From NCBI GenBank assembly GCA_018650185.1, contig JABIGL010000187.1:1917-33916 (forward strand): a stretch of DNA of 32,000 bases. The letters are read 5' to 3'. This DNA is from Chloroflexota bacterium. Lineage in GTDB: Bacteria > Chloroflexota > Dehalococcoidia > Lucifugimonadales > Lucifugimonadaceae. Below the pieces are notes generated by a model, which was not told where the DNA came from, searched no databases, and saw only the letters and a list, made by a program, of their open reading frames with translations. Every line of letters starts with the position of its first letter. The stretch's first letter is position 1. Shown here in pieces: positions 1-7,361 of this stretch. The position numbers and the translations under genes are program-made.

Positions 1-744
1 GAATACCAGTCATGGGCGGAGACGGAGGCCGGACCGGCCACCACCCGCATCAGGGACAAGGCGCGCGAGCATGGCGTCTACATCATCTCGACGGTGTACG
101 AAGAGGAGTCACCGGGGTTGTACTACGACACGGCGATGGTGATCGATCCCGAGGGGACCATCGTCGAGAAGTATCGGAAGACCCATCCCGCCGGGCTACG
201 GGCGGTCGAAAAGATCTACTTCCGGTACGGGACCAAGTTTCCGATCATAGACATCCTCGGCTGGAAGGTCGGCATCAACATTTGCTACGACCTGTCCTTC
301 CCGGAGAGCGCACGGGTCCTGGCGGTAAAGGGAGCTGAGTTGATCATCGTGCCGTACTGCATACCTGCCGGTTACGTAGGTTCGGAGCACAACTCGGAGC
401 ACACCAGCGCGCCGGGCGTCGCGGGCGAGGAGTTCATGGACCGCGGGCGTTGGATGCGCTGGTGGGACTCGCTAATACAGACGCGCGCGTACGAGAACGT
501 TGCTTATGTCGCGCCTGTGAATCACGTGGGCCAGGAAGGCAAGGCTGTTTTCTTCGGCGGTACGAAACTGGTCGCACCGGACGGTGAGACGGTTGTGCAG
601 GCGGAGGAACAGGACGACATCATCGTGGCCGACCTCGACCGTGACCTGTTCGAGCAAACTCGTCGCCTCACGCCGTTCTTCAGGGACCGTCGACCGGATC
701 TGTACACGGCGCTCTCTACGGAGACCGATGAAGTTCATGGGTGA
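1..744 (+). CDS. Carbon-nitrogen hydrolase (nitrilase superfamily) protein, 5' end outside window
   Basis: Frame 1 is open from base 1 (EYQSWAETEAGP...), so the ORF-track ATG at 94 is internal. Family motifs EKYRKTHP (catalytic Lys region), GINICYDLSFPE (catalytic Cys) and TRAYENVAYV. Stop TGA 742-744. Confidence 0.85.
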   Translation, partial: EYQSWAETEAGPATTRIRDKAREHGVYIISTVYEEESPGLYYDTAMVIDPEGTIVEKYRKTHPAGLRAVEKIYFRYGTKFPIIDILGWKVGINICYDLSFPESARVLAVKGAELIIVPYCIPAGYVGSEHNSEHTSAPGVAGEEFMDRGRWMRWWDSLIQTRAYENVAYVAPVNHVGQEGKAVFFGGTKLVAPDGETVVQAEEQDDIIVADLDRDLFEQTRRLTPFFRDRRPDLYTALSTETDEVHG

Positions 745-1042
745 TGGCGTCTGTATGACAATCCCGGACGTAGAGTTGGAGCAGCTTCAGCGCTCGCTAA
801 CAGAACACGTCTCGATGTTCGTTGTGATCCTGCACAACGATGACGTGAACAGCATGGAGCACGTCATCGATGCACTGCTGAAGTCAATTCCAACCCTCAG
901 CGAACAGGATGCGGTGAACGTGATGATGGACGCCCACACCGATGGCAAGGCCGTCGTGACTGTCTGTCCCAAAGAGACGGCCGAATTCTACAGGGACCGG
1001 TTGCAGTCGTTCTCGATAGGGGCGTCGATAGAACCGGCGTAG
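728..1042 (+). CDS. clpS: ATP-dependent Clp protease adaptor protein ClpS
   Basis: FVVILHNDDVNSMEHVIDALL...MMDAHTDGKAVV matches the ClpS core as I recall it from E. coli ([20 protein letters not shown]...AVHYQGKAI). Start uncertain: ATG 728 (GGAG 4 nt upstream, overlaps the hydrolase gene by 17 nt) or ATG 755. The ORF-track start at 584 lies inside the hydrolase gene and is rejected. Confidence 0.9.
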   Translation: MKFMGDGVCMTIPDVELEQLQRSLTEHVSMFVVILHNDDVNSMEHVIDALLKSIPTLSEQDAVNVMMDAHTDGKAVVTVCPKETAEFYRDRLQSFSIGASIEPA

Positions 1043-1052
1043 GCGCAACTGT

Positions 1053-1108
1053 CCCCCTCTCCCGGTGGGAGAGGCCAAATCGTTTCGGAAGTGAGGGAGG
1101 TCAAAGGT
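1053..1108 (+). repeat. Family A repeat copy A1 (interrupted)
   Basis: CCCCCTCTCCC-GGT-GGGAGAGG, then a 16-nt insert, then GTGAGGGAGGTCAAAGGT. Begins 11 nt after the clpS stop. Confidence 0.7.
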
Positions 1109-1200
1109 TCCACTCTCACGGTATGTACCCGGCTGAACGGTGTCAGGTACAGATCCCTCGGCTACGCTCCGGAAGACATGAGTGTGCCCGGCCGGGTTAC

Positions 1201-1752
1201 TCAGCCCTCTGCCTTGAACACCTTCTCCCGGTAGTACTTCAATTCAGCAATTGACTGCCGGGTGTCCCATAGAGCCGTATGCTGCGCGCCATTTGGCTTG
1301 CGATGCCTGATCCCGTACCACCATTCGGCCAGTTCCTTGATTGATGAGACGTCGATCATCCGGTAGTGGAGATAGTTCTCAAGTGCCGGCATGTACTTCT
1401 CGAGGAATCGCCGATCCTGCCATATCGAATTACCGCACAGGCGGGCGGTTCCGTATTCGCAATGCATCGAGACCAGCGTGAGCACCTCTCGCTCCGCTTC
1501 CTCAAGGGACGTCTTTGACTGCTGTATCTCACGTAATAGCCCGGACCGCTCGTGCATGTCCCTCACGAACGGCGTCATGCGGTTCATCGTCTCGGCGGGA
1601 TGCCAGATGGTGAACTCCACGGGTTCAGCTAACTCATTGAGATCACGATCCGTGACGATCGCCGCAATCTGGACGATTACATCTTTCTCCGGCTCAAGAC
1701 CCGTCATCTCCAGGTCGAGCCACACAAGGTTCTGGCTACTACCGTTCTGCAA
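1201..1752 (-). CDS. orn: Oligoribonuclease
   Basis: LVWLDLEMTGLEPEKD...CGNSIWQDRRFLEKYMP...HTALWDTRQSIAELKYYRE is collinear with E. coli Orn (DEDDh exonuclease motifs). Initiator is TTG (plus-strand caa 1750-1752). Confidence 0.92.
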   Translation of the reverse strand: MQNGSSQNLVWLDLEMTGLEPEKDVIVQIAAIVTDRDLNELAEPVEFTIWHPAETMNRMTPFVRDMHERSGLLREIQQSKTSLEEAEREVLTLVSMHCEYGTARLCGNSIWQDRRFLEKYMPALENYLHYRMIDVSSIKELAEWWYGIRHRKPNGAQHTALWDTRQSIAELKYYREKVFKAEG

Positions 1753-1971
1753 TAGGAATCCCGTCGTTCGTCTGATTTAGATAGGTGGGCTTTGTCAAAA
1801 ATGAACCGGCATCGTATCACCCGACCCGTCCGGACCTGGAAGTAGGTTTTCGGTGAGGATTTCAAGCGTAGAAGCCGAAAAGTGCAATACTCCAACACAT
1901 TCCTGAGATTCATAGCTGAAACGTAACGACTATCCGTGTATGGACTCGTTTCCAACTGAACTATTGCGCAC

Positions 1972-2000
1972 TTGACCGCCTAACTGCAATAGTGCATAGT
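1972..2000 (+). promoter_or_regulatory. Candidate sigma-70-type promoter for argJ (TTGACC-N17-CATAGT)
   Basis: TTGACC at 1972-1977, a 17-nt spacer, CATAGT at 1995-2000, in the AT-richer divergent orn/argJ spacer. Pattern match only. Confidence 0.25.
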
Positions 2001-2025
2001 TCCCCGATGCCTTTTGATCGAACAG

Positions 2026-2059
2026 TGCAACTGGCCGGTGCGCGAGCGCGCCAGTTGCA
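2026..2059 (+). promoter_or_regulatory. Perfect 10-bp inverted repeat (TGCAACTGGC-N14-GCCAGTTGCA) in the argJ leader; operator or RNA hairpin
   Basis: Arms at 2026-2035 and 2050-2059 are exact reverse complements. The GC-rich spacer can add about 3 more pairs around a CGAG loop. No U-tract follows. Lies about 175 nt upstream of the argJ ATG. Confidence 0.4.
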
Positions 2060-2234
2060 GGCAATCCCTCGTTATCGCGAGGTACTTCGTTTGCTTGATC
2101 AGGGCATGAACCCACGAGAAATCGGTGAGGCATTGGATCCGCCGGTGACCAGACAGCGTGCATCTGCGCTAATTCAACAGGCGAAACGGGCGCAGGCGCT
2201 CGGGTTATTCGAAGACAACATCGGGGACGAAAGC

Positions 2235-3455
2235 ATGAGTTCGGAATTGACGACAGTAAATACCGGAGGGGTCACTTCCGCCGAGGGATTCTCGGCCGGG
2301 GCGATCTTCGCCGGTATAAAGACCGCCGGTGAGGACAAGCGTGATATCGGCCTACTGCTGTCGGATCGACCCTGCACCGTGGCCGGGACGTTCAGCCAGA
2401 ACTCTGTCCTCTCGCCAAGTGTGACCCTCTCCAAAGAGGTGGTCGACGGCGGCCAGGACGTACGTGCCGTCATCGCAAACAGCGGTGTCGCCAACTGCGC
2501 TGTCGGCGAGCAGGGCCTTATCGACGCCAGGGAAGCATCCTCACTTGCGGCCACCCGGCTTGGCGTAGCCGGTAACGAGGTCTTGATCGCCTCGACCGGA
2601 GTGATCGGCGTGGAACTCCCGATGGCGCTTATGCGGGAGCACATCCCGCAGATCGAACTCGGCGACAACGATGGCGGTGAATTCGCTGCTTCAATCATGA
2701 CCACGGACACCCACCGTAAAGAGGTTGCGGTACGAGTCAGCATCGGCGGCCAGACCGTCACGGTAGGCGGTTGTGCCAAGGGCTCCGGCATGATCCATCC
2801 GAACATGGCGACCATGCTGTCCTTCCTGACCACGGACGCCGCGGTGGAGAAGAAATTCCTGCAAAAAACTCTTTCGCACGCCGTCATACTTAGCTTCAAT
2901 CAAATAGACATCGACGGCGACCAGAGCACGAACGACACCGTCCTGCTTATGGCAACCGGTGCCGCCGGTAACGACCCGTTAAACGCAGACTCGGACGATG
3001 CGGAGGCCTTTGCGACCGCGGTGGATTACGTGACTCGATACCTGGCACGTGAGATGGCACGTGACGGCGAGGGCGCGCAGACCCTGGTCGAGGTAACGGT
3101 TGAGGGTGCTCACTCGGACGAGGACGCACGCAAAGCTGCTCGTTCCGTTGCGGCATCACTTCTCGTTCGTACCGCCGTCTACGGCAGGGACCCCAACTGG
3201 GGCCGGATTCTGATGGCGGTCGGCAAGAGCCAGATCCCTCTGGAGGAGTCCAAGATCGAGGTGTTCGTTAACGATATCCAGATCGTTTTCGAGGGGAAGG
3301 CTATCTCGTACAGCGTACCTAGCGTTGTGTCCGCTCTTGGCGAAGACGAGGTCCGGCTGCGCGTTGGACTCGGCGTTGGCGATGGCTTCGGTGAGGCGTG
3401 GGGATGCGACCTGACCGAAGAGTACGTCGTCTTCAACTCCGCCTACACCACGTAG
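2235..3455 (+). CDS. argJ: Bifunctional ornithine acetyltransferase / N-acetylglutamate synthase ArgJ
   Basis: GVTSAEGFSAGAIFAGIKTAGEDKRDIGLL... N-terminus, ATMLSFLTTDA self-cleavage region and C-terminal EEYVVFNSAYTT are typical of ArgJ. ATG 2235 has GGGGA 7 nt upstream. The ORF is open in frame back to GTG 1992 (see findings). Confidence 0.9.
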   Translation: MSSELTTVNTGGVTSAEGFSAGAIFAGIKTAGEDKRDIGLLLSDRPCTVAGTFSQNSVLSPSVTLSKEVVDGGQDVRAVIANSGVANCAVGEQGLIDAREASSLAATRLGVAGNEVLIASTGVIGVELPMALMREHIPQIELGDNDGGEFAASIMTTDTHRKEVAVRVSIGGQTVTVGGCAKGSGMIHPNMATMLSFLTTDAAVEKKFLQKTLSHAVILSFNQIDIDGDQSTNDTVLLMATGAAGNDPLNADSDDAEAFATAVDYVTRYLAREMARDGEGAQTLVEVTVEGAHSDEDARKAARSVAASLLVRTAVYGRDPNWGRILMAVGKSQIPLEESKIEVFVNDIQIVFEGKAISYSVPSVVSALGEDEVRLRVGLGVGDGFGEAWGCDLTEEYVVFNSAYTT

Positions 3456-3494
3456 ATCGCCACGAAGTCGTTAGAGGTTCAAGCGGCCAACGTA

Positions 3495-4328
3495 ATGACA
3501 TCCGTAAGCGGATCACCCGCAAGAAGAAGTAACCGCGGTGCGCGTGAAGGCGACATCGTGGTCATAAAGGTAGGTGGATCGACCCTGGGCGAGGGCGATT
3601 CCACCATGCCAGACCTTATCGCGCTTCAGAAACTGGGCCTGAAACCGGTCGTCGTTCACGGTGGCGGCAAAGTTATCTCGGACTGGGTAAAGCTACAGGG
3701 AATCCAGCCGGAGTTCGTACGCGGACTAAGAAAGACAGACAAGCCCACCCTGGACGTTGCGATCGCTGTCCTCTGCGGCCTCGTCAACGCGCAACTAGTC
3801 GCCGAGATTACCGCCGCCGGTGGCAACGCAGTCGGGCTGGCGGGCGTGGACGGCGGGATGCTGAAGGCCGAGGTACTGGACCCGGAGCTGGGTATGGTCG
3901 GCAAGATCATCGAGACGGACGCCACCGCCATAAGCGCTGTGTTGGAAACCGGCGCAATCCCGGTTATCGCACCAGCGGCCCTGAACGTCGCACCGCAACA
4001 ACCCGACGGCTCGGACCGCATCCTCAACATCAATGCCGATACTTCGGCGGGGCATGTAGCGTCAGCATTGGGAGCGGCGATTCTCGTGTTTCAGACAGAC
4101 GTGACCGGCGTTCTCGATGCCACGAGACGTCTCATACCTCGAATGACTCGCAGGCAGGCCAAGGACTTGATCGACAGCGGCATCGCCAACGGCGGCATGA
4201 TCCCGAAAATAGAGGCGTGTGCATTTGCCGTAGAGACCGTGAAATCCGGATACATCATCGACGGCCGGGTGGCGGGTGCGCTGCTTGAGTGCGTTGCCGG
4301 TAACGACATAGGTACAAGGATCACATGA
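3495..4328 (+). CDS. argB: Acetylglutamate kinase
   Basis: VVIKVGGSTL...VVVHGGGKVISDW...GLRKTD...NINADTSAGHVA are amino-acid-kinase/ArgB motifs. Sits between argJ and argD. Confidence 0.88.
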   Translation: MTSVSGSPARRSNRGAREGDIVVIKVGGSTLGEGDSTMPDLIALQKLGLKPVVVHGGGKVISDWVKLQGIQPEFVRGLRKTDKPTLDVAIAVLCGLVNAQLVAEITAAGGNAVGLAGVDGGMLKAEVLDPELGMVGKIIETDATAISAVLETGAIPVIAPAALNVAPQQPDGSDRILNINADTSAGHVASALGAAILVFQTDVTGVLDATRRLIPRMTRRQAKDLIDSGIANGGMIPKIEACAFAVETVKSGYIIDGRVAGALLECVAGNDIGTRIT

Positions 4329-4563
4329 TGGCCGCGTGCAACGTACCGGGGTGTATATTTGCGCACCTCCCCGACGCGGGAAGACAACAGATCCGACCGA
4401 AGGCTCCGGAGGGCTGATCCAACAGAACGATGATCCCTCGGAGCCACAGATAACGAGCAAAACACCGTAGGGGCGCCGCCGTCGGCAACTACAACCGACT
4501 ACCTGCCCCACACCCGCCCTCCAATACGTCAGAGGGCGCACCCAACCAGAAGGAGAATCAGAT

Positions 4564-5763
4564 ATGACGACAGGCGAACAGTGGAAGCAAATAGAAGCCG
4601 ACTATTACATGCAGGTGGTCAACCGGATGCCGATGGTCCTGGACCACGCTGAAGGAACCTACGTGTACGACACCGAGGGCAAGGCATACCTGGACTTCAC
4701 CGCAGGGTGGGCAGTCCTGAACGTAGGCCACTCCCACCCTGCCGTCACCGCGGCGATCGTGGAACAGGCCGGCAAGATCCTCCAGATGTCGAACCTGTTC
4801 TACACGATCCCGCAGCTCAAGCTGGCCCAGATCCTGATCGACAACTCGGTCATGGACCGGGTCTTCTTCTGCAACTCCGGAGCCGAGGCCAACGAGGGGG
4901 TCACCAAGCTGGCTCGCAAGTACGGCAAGGTCAAGAAGAACGGCGCGTACGAGATCATCACGGCCAACAACTCCTTCCACGGCCGCACGATGGGCATGAT
5001 GGCCGCAACCGGCCAGGCGGCGTACCAGGAGAACTGGAAGCCACTCGCCCCCGGCTATGTAAACGTCGATTACGACGACATCGATGCGATCAAAGCGGCG
5101 ACCAACGACAACACCTGCGCCGTGATGCTCGAGCCGGTTCAGGGCGAGGGCGGCGTTAACGTGCCTTCACCCGACTACTTCAAGCAGGTCCGCGAGTGGT
5201 GTGACCAGAATGATCTCCTTCTGATAGCGGACGAAGTCCAGACCGGCATGGGCCGACTCGGCACGCTGTTCGGGTACGAGCAGTTTGGGTTCGAGCCAGA
5301 CGCCATCAGCATGGCAAAGGGCCTCGGAGCCGGTGCACCTCTGGGCGCGTTCCTCTGCAAACAGGAGTATTCGGTGCTTGAGCCTGGCGACCACGGTTCT
5401 ACCTTTGGCGGCAACGCACTTACAACTGCCGCCGGCTGGGCCGGAGCGAAGGTCGTTGTCGACGAGAACTGGTCCGAGAAGGGTGCCGAAACCGGCGCAT
5501 ACCTGAAGGGCCAGCTCACCGGACTCATGGAGAAGTACGACTTCATCACGGAGGTTCGTGGCATGGGAATGCTGCTGGCCATCCAGATGACCGAGGACAA
5601 GTCCGGTGCGGTGATCACGGAGACGGTCGCCAACGGACTGCTGCTGAACGCTGTTCGCCCGAACATGATCCGCTTCATGCCGCCGCTCAACACCAGCGAG
5701 GAAGAGATTGACAAAGCGGTCGCAATCCTGGACGTCGCACTGGCAAAGGTGTTTGGGGTCTAG
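4564..5763 (+). CDS. argD: Acetylornithine aminotransferase (class III PLP aminotransferase)
   Basis: DFTAGWAVLNVGHSHPAV, FFCNSGAEANEG, LIADEVQTGMGRLG and SMAKGLG (PLP lysine) motifs. GAAGGAG RBS 8 nt before the ATG. Confidence 0.88.
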   Translation: MTTGEQWKQIEADYYMQVVNRMPMVLDHAEGTYVYDTEGKAYLDFTAGWAVLNVGHSHPAVTAAIVEQAGKILQMSNLFYTIPQLKLAQILIDNSVMDRVFFCNSGAEANEGVTKLARKYGKVKKNGAYEIITANNSFHGRTMGMMAATGQAAYQENWKPLAPGYVNVDYDDIDAIKAATNDNTCAVMLEPVQGEGGVNVPSPDYFKQVREWCDQNDLLLIADEVQTGMGRLGTLFGYEQFGFEPDAISMAKGLGAGAPLGAFLCKQEYSVLEPGDHGSTFGGNALTTAAGWAGAKVVVDENWSEKGAETGAYLKGQLTGLMEKYDFITEVRGMGMLLAIQMTEDKSGAVITETVANGLLLNAVRPNMIRFMPPLNTSEEEIDKAVAILDVALAKVFGV

Positions 5764-5784
5764 TCGTTTCTGGAGGCTATCGGA

Positions 5785-5834
5785 GGATACGCACCATGCT
5801 GAGGCTCTCGAAGTACGGTGCGTATCCGGTTTTC
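5785..5834 (+). repeat. Family B repeat copy B1: 11-bp perfect stem around the conserved CTGAGGCTCTCGAAG loop, followed by T4
   Basis: GGATACGCACC (5785-5795) pairs with GGTGCGTATCC (5817-5827). The 21-nt loop holds the family core at 5799-5813. TTTT at 5830-5833, starting 22 nt after the argD stop. Confidence 0.75.
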
Positions 5835-5884
5835 ACCTCAACAACATAGCTTCCGAACGAACTCACAACTAAACTTAATGTTTA

Positions 5885-5924
5885 CCGGCCCGGCACCGAC
5901 CAGCCGGGCCGGATTTGTGTTCTT
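5885..5924 (+). terminator. Rho-independent terminator downstream of argD
   Basis: CCGGCCCGGC (5885-5894) pairs perfectly with GCCGGGCCGG (5903-5912) around an 8-nt loop. Followed by the T-rich tail ATTTGTGTTCTT. Confidence 0.7.
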
Positions 5925-5944
5925 CGGATGCACTTTTTGTCTTG

Positions 5945-5984
5945 CCCCCTCTCCCAGCGGGAGAGGGTTGGGGTGAGGGAGAAG
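5945..5984 (+). repeat. Family A repeat copy A2 (hairpin plus G4 motif)
   Basis: CCCCCTCTCCC-AGC-GGGAGAGGG-TTGGGGTGAGGGAGAAG. A 9-bp hairpin, and four G-runs of 3 or more with 2-3 nt loops. Confidence 0.85.
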
Positions 5985-6079
5985 ATTCGCTAGCGACCAC
6001 GCAAAAACACCAACCGTTCAGAACGCTCCGCTAAGTTCACCACCCCGTCAGCCCAAAACAACATCCCAAGGTCGAATAC

Positions 6080-7303
6080 ATGGCAAGAGAAAAATGTGTG
6101 CTCGCCTACTCCGGCGGCATGGACTCCACGATCAGCGCTGTATGGATACAGGAGCAGTACGACATGGACGTCGTCACGCTCACCGTAGACCTCGGCGCAG
6201 GGCCCGAGCTTGATGGCGTGCGAGATCGAGCCAAACAGGCGGGCGTAACCGAATCCCTGATCTGGGACGTTCGGGACGAATTCGTTGAGGGCTACATCTG
6301 GAACGGCCTCAAGGCCGGTGCGATGTACGAAGACGTGTACGCACTTTCGACCGCGCTGGGACGCCCGCTCATGGCAAAGAAACTGGTCGAGGCCGCACGG
6401 CAGGTCGGGGCGACTGCGGTCGCACACGGCTGCACCGGCAAGGGCAACGACCAGGTTAGGTTTGACGCCGGGATCAAGACGCTAGCCGCACATGGCGATC
6501 CTCTCCGGATCATCGCCCCCGCTCGCGAGTGGGGCATGTCCCGTGACGAGGAAAAACTTTACGCGGCAAAGGCCGGTCTTGACGTACGGGAGGTCGGAGA
6601 CGATCAGCGTGTGTATTCGATCGACCGGAACCTGTGGGGACAGGCGATAGAGGGCGAGGATCTAGAGGACACGTGGTTCGCTCCACCGGAAGACGCCTAT
6701 TCGTGGACAAAACCTGCGACCGACACTCCCGATGAAGCGGTCGAGGTCGAGATCTCGTTTGAGCGGGGCGTCCCGGTTTCGCTGGATGGTAAGAAGCTGG
6801 GCGGGGTCGCGCTAATTGAACAGCTCAATGACATAGCCGGTGAACACGGCGTTGGCCGAATCGATCATCTTGAGAATCGGCTCGTCGGCATCAAATCACG
6901 TGAGGTGTACGAGACGCCTGCGGCTGTTGTGCTGAACGATGCGCTGCGTGCCCTTGAAACGGCCTGTCTTGCACGTGACCAGCAGCGGATGCGGTCTTAC
7001 GTCGGCCAACAGTACGCCGACCTTGTTTACGACGGTCGATGGTTCACGGGCTACCGAGAAGACCTTGACGCCATGATCGAGAGCACGATGCGCTACGTGA
7101 CCGGCGATGTCCGGGTGCGTTTGTACAAAGGTGCGGTGGTCGTGACGGGCCGCAGATCCGAATACTCGCTGTACGACTTCGGACTGGCGACTTATTCAAC
7201 GGACGATGAATTCGATCACCTGGCGGCGACGGGCTTCATCGACATCTACAGTCTGCCCGCCCGCATCCAGCACAAAAACCAGACAATGCACGACGCCCGC
7301 TAG
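6080..7303 (+). CDS. argG: Argininosuccinate synthase
   Basis: VLAYSGGMDSTISAVW (PP-loop SGGxDS/T), AHGCTGKGNDQVRF and ENRLVGIKSREVYE are hallmark ArgG motifs. Confidence 0.93.
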   Translation: MAREKCVLAYSGGMDSTISAVWIQEQYDMDVVTLTVDLGAGPELDGVRDRAKQAGVTESLIWDVRDEFVEGYIWNGLKAGAMYEDVYALSTALGRPLMAKKLVEAARQVGATAVAHGCTGKGNDQVRFDAGIKTLAAHGDPLRIIAPAREWGMSRDEEKLYAAKAGLDVREVGDDQRVYSIDRNLWGQAIEGEDLEDTWFAPPEDAYSWTKPATDTPDEAVEVEISFERGVPVSLDGKKLGGVALIEQLNDIAGEHGVGRIDHLENRLVGIKSREVYETPAAVVLNDALRALETACLARDQQRMRSYVGQQYADLVYDGRWFTGYREDLDAMIESTMRYVTGDVRVRLYKGAVVVTGRRSEYSLYDFGLATYSTDDEFDHLAATGFIDIYSLPARIQHKNQTMHDAR

Positions 7304-7361
7304 CCCGCTCCCTCACCTCCTAGCGCTGTTGAAGCCGGACGAGACAATCAAGGAACAACGT

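Noticed and set aside
584-754. N-terminal extension of the clpS ORF back to 584, and likewise the 7206 start of the MaoC-like ORF overlapping argG.
   Set aside because: The extensions lie inside the preceding, motif-supported genes in another frame and encode Arg/Ser-rich junk. Downstream starts with RBS-like sequences fit the homologous protein lengths.
1880-2000. ARG boxes (ArgR/AhrC operators) in the orn/argJ divergent region; recurring TGCAAT(A) and ATTC motifs.
   Set aside because: None forms the 18-bp TGAAT-N-ATTCA-type palindrome. The resemblance is limited to short AT-rich words expected in a promoter region.
2174-2899. Long antisense or out-of-frame ORFs inside well-supported genes: 2174-2899(-), 5175-5714(-), 8215-8781(-), 10041-10721(+), 11512-12279(-), 15860-16498(+), 18358-19107(+), 21300-22118(-), 29992-30588(+).
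   Set aside because: They overlap genes with clear family motifs, have low-complexity Arg/Pro/Ser/Ala-rich translations typical of shadow ORFs in about 60% GC DNA, and have no RBS or recognisable domain.
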